A DNA stretch of 10,752 bases, taken from assembly GCA_016840035.1 (NCBI GenBank), contig JAEOTC010000043.1, positions 1 to 10,752 of the forward strand, in the 5' to 3' direction. The stretch comes from Candidatus Hodarchaeota archaeon (GTDB lineage: Archaea > Asgardarchaeota > Heimdallarchaeia > Hodarchaeales > Hodarchaeaceae). The position numbers and the translations under genes are program-made. This document shows, one piece after another, positions 1-7,085 of the stretch; the first letter of the stretch is position 1; each line of letters starts with the position of its first letter. Under the pieces are notes generated by a model. It saw only the letters and a list, made by a program, of their open reading frames with translations, did no database searches and was not told where the DNA came from.

Positions 1-1
1 A

Positions 2-955
2 TTATTTCTTCTTCTGATTCAGTTTCTTTTTCCAAGTTTCGGTATAGGATATCCATGGATCTGGAACACGTACCGTAAGAAAGTTGGGTTTGGTCACAAA
101 AGTCTCTGGGAGGAACCCCAAGATTTCTCCATCCACCTGATATAAACATTTTTTCTCTGGAGAATCAACTTTAATGATATTTCCTTCAAATGTCTCAACT
201 GCAGGATGCGTAAGATGTTTACCGTCATAAACAAGAGATAAAAGACGAATAAGTGCGAATCTACTAACTTTTTTTAATGTAGTTCCATGAAAGAGATTAT
301 CTTTGGGATCAGCTTCTGGACATATATGCATTCCACCCCCATAACGTTTTCCATTCCCAATGGCTACTAACATTCTTTTACCTGTGACTGGTTGCCCAGT
401 ATTTGGTTCAATAATAATGTCATACGGTTTGAATTTTAAAAGTGTGGTAAGAACAGCTCGTTGATAATTAACAGTTCCACTAAATCGTTTCGTACCTTTA
501 TTAGATCTATCTGCCACTTCAGCATCAAAACCCATTGATGCTACTCCCCCAAAATAACGATCTGCATTTACACAATATCCAACATCAAATTTTTTGTCCT
601 GACCGTTGATTAAGCTTTCTATAATAGCATCAATATCACCCTCTGGAATTCCAAATGTTGTTGGGATGTCATTCCCAGTCCCTACGGTGAACGCACTAAA
701 TATACTCTTCTTTTCTGCCTTCAAAACACCATTAATAACCTCATTGGCAGTACCATCACCACCAACCGCACAAATCACTTTATACCCCTCATTTGCTTTT
801 TGTTCAGCTAATTCAAGGGCATGACCTATACGAGTAGTAAATTCAAAATCGTAATTAAATTTTGAATCTATTTTGGGAACGATTTTTTTGTTCCAGGTCT
901 TTTCTACTCGGCCACCAGCAGCTGTTGGATTAACAATAAGAAAAAAATCCTTCAT
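2..955 (-). CDS. YegS/DgkB/BmrU-family (DAGKc domain) diacylglycerol/lipid kinase
   Basis: Family motifs LIVNPTAAGG, AVGGDGTANEVINGV, GTGNDIP, GKRYGGGM and QVDGE. The track starts at GTG 964, but that GTG lies inside an AGGTG RBS (966-962) 6 nt before ATG 955, so 955 is preferred. Stop TAA at 4-2. Confidence 0.9.
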   Translation of the reverse strand: MKDFFLIVNPTAAGGRVEKTWNKKIVPKIDSKFNYDFEFTTRIGHALELAEQKANEGYKVICAVGGDGTANEVINGVLKAEKKSIFSAFTVGTGNDIPTTFGIPEGDIDAIIESLINGQDKKFDVGYCVNADRYFGGVASMGFDAEVADRSNKGTKRFSGTVNYQRAVLTTLLKFKPYDIIIEPNTGQPVTGKRMLVAIGNGKRYGGGMHICPEADPKDNLFHGTTLKKVSRFALIRLLSLVYDGKHLTHPAVETFEGNIIKVDSPEKKCLYQVDGEILGFLPETFVTKPNFLTVRVPDPWISYTETWKKKLNQKKK

Positions 956-980
956 TGAGAGCACCTTTGAATGGAATGAA

Positions 981-988
981 TTTAAAAA
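981..988 (-). promoter_or_regulatory. Possible TATA box (TTTTTAAA) for the lipid kinase gene
   Basis: Lies 26-33 nt upstream of ATG 955, a plausible archaeal spacing. The motif is low-complexity in AT-rich DNA. Confidence 0.3.
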
Positions 989-1068
989 AATAAGTATTCC
1001 AGTTTTTGAAGTTTACCTAGAACCATAGTAAAAGGTCGATATTTACAAAATCGAAGAAAAATGGAATT

Positions 1069-1090
1069 TGAGGAGATCATGATCTCCTCA
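1069..1090. terminator. Perfect 22-bp palindrome (stem-loop) just downstream of the FadF-like gene
   Basis: TGAGGAGATCATGATCTCCTCA is its own reverse complement. It begins about 10 nt after the stop (1100) and is followed on the minus strand by AATTCCATTTTTCTTCG. Confidence 0.55.
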
Positions 1091-1099
1091 GATCAGGAT

Positions 1100-3301
1100 T
1101 TATGTGGAATCCTCGTTGGAAGAAGGAGAATTGTCCATCGCTGCATTAACTAGTTCGACTAAGTCCATTACCTCAATTTCTTCTTCAAGCTGTTGGGTTT
1201 TCAGTGCATCGGTTAACATGCTTGTACAAAACGGACAGGCTGTGACTAAAACCTTTTTATATCCATTAGAGTGTTGAGAATTATCTAAGGTTTCTTTTGC
1301 TTCAAGTACGCGTTTCTCCGAAATTCGGGTCTCGACCCATTCTGGTGTTTCACGAAACATATTGCCACCACCGCCACCGCAACAATAAGAAAATTGACCA
1401 TGATTTGGCATTTCACGGAACGTGACACCTGGTAGTTTTCCAATAATTTTACGTGGAGATTCATATTCATCGTTGTACCTACCAAGATAACAAGGATCAT
1501 GGTAAGTAACTTCAAGGTTTAAGTCTTTGTTAAAGGTTATTCTTCCATCTTCTATCATTTCTAATAGGAAAGTGGTGATATGGACAACATCAAACTCGCC
1601 ACCATATTCAGGATATTCATTTTTGATAGTATTAAACGCATGGGGTGATGAAGTAACAATTCGCTTAACATCTCGTTTTTGATACATTTTGATGTTATCT
1701 TCAGCTAGCATCTGAAATAGTGCTTCCTCACCTAAACGTCGCATCTCATTCCCATCATTCTTTTCGGAATCTCCAAAAGTCCCATAATCTAGGCCTGATT
1801 TGGAAAAAATTTCATAAGTGGCACGAGCAACTTTTTGATTACGAGGGTCATAAGCTAAAGTATCACCCGGAAGCCACAGAAGTTTTGATTCAGATTTTTT
1901 AATTTTTGGAAGCTTCCCTTCTTTTAACCAATTTGTACGTTCTCTCTTTGGTTGATTCCAGACATTTCCATATTGATAGACGCTTTCAAGCATAGTAGTA
2001 AATGTACCTGGAACATCACCTTCCTCAATCAATGAAGCTCTCATTCCGACTATCATATCTACGTGCCCAATTAGATGCGGACAGGCATTAGTACAGGCAT
2101 AACATGTTACACATGCCCATAATACATCTTGAGTCAGTCCAGAATGCTCTCCAAGCATGGTTTCATTCTTTTTTGATTGAGTTAAACCATATTTCTGTTT
2201 ACCCCAATTTTTTACATCCTGAATGACCTTCAATGGTGAGAGGGGTTCACCAGAGTCTTGAGCAGGGCAATAATTGTGACAAAAGTGGCATTTCATGCAC
2301 GCAGAAGCTTCTAACAATTGGTAGAAACTAAAATCTTCAATTTTACTTATACCATCTGCACTAAATCTGACTTGACCCTTTGGTTTATCGACATCAGTTA
2401 GAACAATGTTTCCTACACCAGCTAATACATGAAAGAATTTGCTAAATGTCAAAATAATAGCTAGTGTTAAAATACACATGAGATGTGATAAATAGAAGAA
2501 TGCGTGGATAGTAAAGATCATATTATCATTCTTAATGAAGAGTCCAAGGAATAGGGCTAATGGGTATCCAATGAAGGATGTCAATTCAAAATCAAGATTG
2601 GCAAATGTAGTTCCCTCAATGGTAAGAGGTAAATGGTTTAAACCATATAAAATTCGCGCTGCTTCCACAAAAAAGCCAGAAATGCTAATCCAGAACAGTA
2701 ATAACAATAAAGCAAGATCCTCAACACCAGCTCGTTCGTAGTACGTTTTTTCTCTGAAAAATCTTCGGAAGAAGGCAATAATCACTCCACAAAATAGAAG
2801 AACACCGGCAAGATCAGCACCGATATTTAAAAGGAGATACAGGGGTCCAACGAGTAATTCTTCATGGAAGATGTATTCATGAATAGTGATCGAAATAGTG
2901 GCAATGGCAGATCCGATAAAACCTAGCATGATCATTGTGTGAACAATAAAACTCGAACGCTGCATCGATTCCCGTTTTAAGATCCCCGCTCCAAATCCAT
3001 AATACAAGCGTTTGGGAAAGGATCGTGAGAAGATATTTTTAAAACCTCGTTTTATTAAAGTAAGTATAAAGGCAAACAATGTCTGTTCTTTCTGATCATA
3101 TTTACCATGAAACCATACACGCATATTCCGATAAAGACCAACAAGTAAGACAATGACAGCTATTGCTGCACATAAGTACACAAGAAATCCAATTTGGCTA
3201 CCGTATAATTCAATACTCCTAGGCCAGTATGCCTCTCGACGTGCTTCCCAAATCCAATCCTGGGATATTGCTATTATTGTATTTATCATATTTTCACCCA
3301 T
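1100..3301 (-). CDS. fadF: FadF/EtfD-type membrane-bound Fe-S oxidoreductase (NarI/HdrE-like heme b domain + 2x[4Fe-4S] + CCG domains); probable ETF:quinone oxidoreductase
   Basis: N-terminal multi-TM region with His residues (IVHTM, SHLM, KFFHV). Two CxxCxxCxxxCP motifs (CMKCHFCHNYCP, CVTCYACTNACP). C-terminal CCG domain (YHDPCYLGR, CCGGGGG, TACPFC). Adjacent to etfAB/ACAD. True start may be ATG 3289 (GGTGA at 3298-3294). Confidence 0.88.
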   Translation of the reverse strand: MGENMINTIIAISQDWIWEARREAYWPRSIELYGSQIGFLVYLCAAIAVIVLLVGLYRNMRVWFHGKYDQKEQTLFAFILTLIKRGFKNIFSRSFPKRLYYGFGAGILKRESMQRSSFIVHTMIMLGFIGSAIATISITIHEYIFHEELLVGPLYLLLNIGADLAGVLLFCGVIIAFFRRFFREKTYYERAGVEDLALLLLLFWISISGFFVEAARILYGLNHLPLTIEGTTFANLDFELTSFIGYPLALFLGLFIKNDNMIFTIHAFFYLSHLMCILTLAIILTFSKFFHVLAGVGNIVLTDVDKPKGQVRFSADGISKIEDFSFYQLLEASACMKCHFCHNYCPAQDSGEPLSPLKVIQDVKNWGKQKYGLTQSKKNETMLGEHSGLTQDVLWACVTCYACTNACPHLIGHVDMIVGMRASLIEEGDVPGTFTTMLESVYQYGNVWNQPKRERTNWLKEGKLPKIKKSESKLLWLPGDTLAYDPRNQKVARATYEIFSKSGLDYGTFGDSEKNDGNEMRRLGEEALFQMLAEDNIKMYQKRDVKRIVTSSPHAFNTIKNEYPEYGGEFDVVHITTFLLEMIEDGRITFNKDLNLEVTYHDPCYLGRYNDEYESPRKIIGKLPGVTFREMPNHGQFSYCCGGGGGNMFRETPEWVETRISEKRVLEAKETLDNSQHSNGYKKVLVTACPFCTSMLTDALKTQQLEEEIEVMDLVELVNAAMDNSPSSNEDST

Positions 3302-3537
3302 TTTCTATCAGAGAGTTAAATACATCCAATCAGAATTTTGACAACTTTTTAAAGAATAAATAATCATCAAGGAATAGACTGATTGCCATTCTCAAATTTC
3401 AATCCTGAAAAATTATTCCCTAATATTAATATTTGAATTTTTGCCGTTCACAATCCAGATGAATTATATCCTCTTTCAGATTAGTAAATTAAGAGTTCGC
3501 TTTATTTGCCTTAGCTGGATTCCTCTATGAGGATTTA

Positions 3538-3636
3538 ATGGGTGGAGGTGGTGAGTTAAACATTCTTCTTCTTGGACTTTTTGTGGTCAGCTGGGTAGCA
3601 TTAGTCCTCGGATTTATATTCGCAAGCAAAGATTAA
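3538..3636 (+). CDS. Small single-pass membrane protein, 32 aa (MGGGGELNILLLGLFVVSWVALVLGFIFASKD), not in the ORF track
   Basis: GAGGA RBS at 3529-3533, ATG 3538, a ~21-residue uncharged hydrophobic run, TAA 3634-3636, then a pyrimidine tract/T8 at 3641-3657. Confidence 0.6.
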   Translation: MGGGGELNILLLGLFVVSWVALVLGFIFASKD

Positions 3637-3640
3637 TTGC

Positions 3641-3672
3641 CTTCCCCTCTTTTTTTTGATTCTCTAAAAAAA
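3641..3672. terminator. Convergent T-tract terminators between the small ORF (+) and etfA (-)
   Basis: CTTCCCCTC-T8 (T8 at 3650-3657) on + and T7 on - (A7 at 3666-3672), each shortly after a stop codon. This fits archaeal oligo-T termination. Confidence 0.55.
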
Positions 3673-3689
3673 TAGGATGAGAAAACAGC

Positions 3690-4655
3690 TTAAAGCTGTT
3701 TTGCCAACTCTGGAAGGACCTCATGTAGATCGCCAATAATTGCAAAATGTGCAATTTCAACTATTGGTGCTTCCTCATCTGTATTAACCACAATAATGGT
3801 TTTACTGTTTCTCATACCCACAAGATGCTGAATGGCACCTGAAATACCTGCAGCTATATAGAAATCAGGGGTGACTGTTTTTCCCGTCTGACCAATTTCA
3901 TGATCATAAGCAACCCATCCTGCATCAACAGCTGCTCTGCTAGCACCCACTTCACCACCAAGGGCCTTTGCAGTATCTCTTATTACAGCAAATTTCTCCC
4001 CACTTCCGACACCACGACCTCCACTAACGAGTAGCTTTGCTTTCGTGATATCGACCGAAACTTTGGCAATTGTTTCTTCGACAAAAGATTCACGTTTGTC
4101 GGAATCTTCAATCACTGGGGAAAAGTCAACCACTTCTGCAGATAAATTGTCGTCTGGTTCAGCCTCAGGATTATTACCCCCAAGAATGGTAGCAAATGTC
4201 AATTCCTCTGCTGATCCTTCCATGGTAACGAACAGTTTTTCTTCAAAGAGTGGATGAATACCTTCATATTCGTCATCATCAATCGATAAGTTATTGACAG
4301 AGGCAAACATTGCTTTATCGAACCTTGCAGCGAGTCTTGGTACGAGTTCTTGGCCATAAAGACTAGCCCCTGCAATAACCAAGGTTGGATCGATTTCCTT
4401 GATCAAAGCCTCTATTGTCCGTGTATGATAGAGGATGTTTATTCCGCTAAATTCTGCATCATCAACTTTGTAGATCTTTTTCACACCATACTTGCCTGCT
4501 TCTTGCGCTAGTTCATTTATTCCATGTCCAAGAACTATTCCTTCAACATCTGCGTTCAGATCTCCAGCAAGCTTTTGAACTACGGTTAAACACTCTTTAG
4601 TTAAGCCAACAAATTTACCTTTACTGTTTTCTAATATAATGAGTATTTTTGCCAT
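3690..4655 (-). CDS. etfA: Electron transfer flavoprotein alpha subunit
   Basis: FAD-domain motifs VSGGRGVG, VGASRAAVDAGW, IGQTGKTV and GISGAIQHLVGM. RBS AGGTGAT at 4667-4661. Confidence 0.96.
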   Translation of the reverse strand: MAKILIILENSKGKFVGLTKECLTVVQKLAGDLNADVEGIVLGHGINELAQEAGKYGVKKIYKVDDAEFSGINILYHTRTIEALIKEIDPTLVIAGASLYGQELVPRLAARFDKAMFASVNNLSIDDDEYEGIHPLFEEKLFVTMEGSAEELTFATILGGNNPEAEPDDNLSAEVVDFSPVIEDSDKRESFVEETIAKVSVDITKAKLLVSGGRGVGSGEKFAVIRDTAKALGGEVGASRAAVDAGWVAYDHEIGQTGKTVTPDFYIAAGISGAIQHLVGMRNSKTIIVVNTDEEAPIVEIAHFAIIGDLHEVLPELAKQL

Positions 4656-4667
4656 ATCATATCACCT

Positions 4668-5483
4668 TCATTTGTAAGCTCCTAGATTCAAGCCTTTTTC
4701 CTTCAAAGCTCCAATTAGTTCGCCAACCAATTCGTTTGCATCTCCATCATCAAAAACAATACATTTCTCCGTACGTGCTGGAGGTTCTTCAATATCGTCA
4801 AATTCTACAGAGGGTTTTTTCTCCTCAATTCCTAGATCCGCAATTTCCCAGACTGGGACTTCTGTTTTACTCGCTTTCATGATTCGACGTACACTGGTAT
4901 ATCGAGGTTCTTCAAAATCTCCCGAGCTTGCTATACTAAGAACAGCAGGCATCTGGATCTCAACTTTCCGAATTCCGCCTTCAATTACCTTATCGACGAC
5001 AACTTTTCCGTTGGTAAAAGCTACTTTTTCGACCCAGCAAGCTAAAGGTAGATCAAGAAATTCAGAAACCATTGGAGCCATGGTAGCAGTTCCATAATCA
5101 TAGCTCTGCATTCCGAAAAGGAGGAGATCATACTCTCCAATTTTTTTCGCAGCTGCAGCCAAGATTTTTGCGACAGAGAAGAAATGGGTTACTTCTGCTT
5201 TCGAATTTTCGATTCGAATTGCCCCATGACAACCCATTGCAATAGCCTCCTTGACAACTTTATCGGCCATATCAGAACCAAGGCAGACGGCTGTCACTTT
5301 ACCTTCACCTTTTTCTTCAATAATCCGCAAAGCTGCTTCTATTGCATTTTTATCGTAATTGTTAGTCATTACATCGCTCTTATCATCTCTATCTCCTGGA
5401 AATATTTCATCAGGATCTAAAGGAGCATTTCTATCAATTGTTGCTTTTACAAAAACTAAAATATTCAATGTCCAATCATCCAT
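4668..5483 (-). CDS. etfB: Electron transfer flavoprotein beta subunit
   Basis: NILVFVK N-terminus, NNYDKNAIEAALRI, LFGMQSYDYGT and recognition-loop EPRYTSVRRIMKA. Directly upstream of etfA. An alternative TTG start at 5468 gives the canonical MNILVFVK start. Confidence 0.94.
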   Translation of the reverse strand: MDDWTLNILVFVKATIDRNAPLDPDEIFPGDRDDKSDVMTNNYDKNAIEAALRIIEEKGEGKVTAVCLGSDMADKVVKEAIAMGCHGAIRIENSKAEVTHFFSVAKILAAAAKKIGEYDLLLFGMQSYDYGTATMAPMVSEFLDLPLACWVEKVAFTNGKVVVDKVIEGGIRKVEIQMPAVLSIASSGDFEEPRYTSVRRIMKASKTEVPVWEIADLGIEEKKPSVEFDDIEEPPARTEKCIVFDDGDANELVGELIGALKEKGLNLGAYK

Positions 5484-5495
5484 CCATAATTTTTT

Positions 5496-6725
5496 TTACT
5501 TTTGAGCGCGTGATAACGCACCACGTGATATAATAGTTTTCTGCATTTCAGATGTTCCTTCATAAATGGTCAAAACACGGGCATCTCGGAATAATCTTGA
5601 AACCGCATAATCCTGAGAGTACCCATAACCCCCATGAATCTGGACAGCGTCATAGGTCACCTTTTGTGCCATTTCTGTGGCCCAATATTTTGCCATTGAG
5701 GATTCTATCTGTGTATTTGCACCCACATGCTTCATTTGAGCCGTATTCAGATACAACAACCGAGATTGGTGAACTCTTGTTGCCATATCAGCTAACATAA
5801 ATGAAATTGCTTGATGTTTTCCAATTGGTCGCCCAAATTGAGACCGTTGTAGAGAGTAATTTATACTTTCTTGGAGAGCTGTTTCAGAAATACCAACCGC
5901 TTGAGCAGCTATTCCTATTCTACTAGAAGCAAGACTTCCTAGAATCAATCTGAAGCCATCATTTTCTTTCCCTAATAGATTCTCTTTGGGAACTTCCGCG
6001 CGATCCAATGACATCGAAGAAGTAATAGATCCGTGTAAACCCATTTTATGCTCAATCCCGACTACTTCCATATTTGATCCAGCAATTTTGGGATCTACAA
6101 TAAATGCACTAAGTCCTTTTGGTCCAGCGGTTTTATCAGTTACAGCGAAGGTAATGTAAGTCCCAGCTGCACCCCCATGGGAAAGCCAGATCTTATTCCC
6201 AGTCAAATAGTATGAATCTCCCTCTTTTTCTGCTTTTGTTGTTACTGCTGAAATGTCAGAACCAGCATTCGGTTCAGAGAACGCCATAGCTCCTATCGCA
6301 TCGCCACTGGCTAATAAAGGTAAATACTTCTCTTTGGCTTCGGGAGTACCAAAATTATTGATTATCTCGATGTTTAATCCCTGACTTGGGAAGAACATGG
6401 AGAATGCGAGAGAGGCTCTAGCCATTAATTCAATAACTGCATTCCATAAAGTATAGCTAAGACCGAAACCGTCATACTTTTCGGGAACAATTATTGAGAA
6501 GAGATCATTCTGTTGACATTTTTTGTAAAGATCCATCATTCCAGAGGGGTATGAGACTTTTTTGGTCGAAGGGTCGAAGTGTGCTCCTTCTTCATCCCAA
6601 TCTTGCTCCTTCTCAATGATTTCATTCATTGCGAGCTCATAGACCATATCAAGAATCATTTCGTTTTGTTCTTGAGCTTCTTTATCAAAATTAAATGTTT
6701 TAAAAATCTTTGTCAGCTGTTTCAT
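5496..6725 (-). CDS. Acyl-CoA dehydrogenase (ACAD family, catalytic Glu in IYEGT)
   Basis: SEPNAGSD, GNKIW, KMGLHGS, RIGIAAQAVG, RSQFGRPI, QIHGGYGY and RDARVLTIYEGTSEMQK. GGAGG RBS at 6738-6734 favours ATG 6725 over the track's 6755. Confidence 0.95.
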   Translation of the reverse strand: MKQLTKIFKTFNFDKEAQEQNEMILDMVYELAMNEIIEKEQDWDEEGAHFDPSTKKVSYPSGMMDLYKKCQQNDLFSIIVPEKYDGFGLSYTLWNAVIELMARASLAFSMFFPSQGLNIEIINNFGTPEAKEKYLPLLASGDAIGAMAFSEPNAGSDISAVTTKAEKEGDSYYLTGNKIWLSHGGAAGTYITFAVTDKTAGPKGLSAFIVDPKIAGSNMEVVGIEHKMGLHGSITSSMSLDRAEVPKENLLGKENDGFRLILGSLASSRIGIAAQAVGISETALQESINYSLQRSQFGRPIGKHQAISFMLADMATRVHQSRLLYLNTAQMKHVGANTQIESSMAKYWATEMAQKVTYDAVQIHGGYGYSQDYAVSRLFRDARVLTIYEGTSEMQKTIISRGALSRAQK

Positions 6726-7085
6726 TAAGTATGCCTCCAAATGGTGTGGAACCATGTGGGATTTATCTCATACAGAAAATAAGAACAAATATTTGAAGAA
6801 TGTTTTGTAGATACATTTTGTCTATAGGTGCTTGCAAACTAATCCTCTAAGCCAGTTTCTGATCCTATTACCTTCCTACAACTGGTGAACGGCAATTAGA
6901 TGCTTAGTGTGTGCATTTATCTATGATTCCTTTTGTAATCCTGGTCTTGCACGATTAAATTGGCCATCACAACGAGATGATTTCTCAATGTGGTATGCCC
7001 ATGAAACATCGACTCATTCAACATTCCTAACATCTTACTATCATAAATATATTTAGTATTCTCCCATGGAATAAAAAAAATACAC

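Noticed and set aside
1100-3301. Annotation as a true heterodisulfide reductase (HdrDE)
   Set aside because: The first CCG domain lacks cysteines and the context is ETF/ACAD, not methanogenesis.
606-5800. Short track ORFs overlapping the main genes (606-824, 1285-1515, 1720-1902, 2535-2741, 3153-3341, 4045-4257, 4649-4882, 4879-5097, 5184-5420, 5552-5800)
   Set aside because: Antisense or out-of-frame shadows of well-supported genes, with no recognisable motifs.
6756-7085. Short ORFs and weak hairpins in the ACAD upstream region
   Set aside because: No convincing RBS, hydrophobic segment or stable fold; best treated as promoter/terminator DNA.
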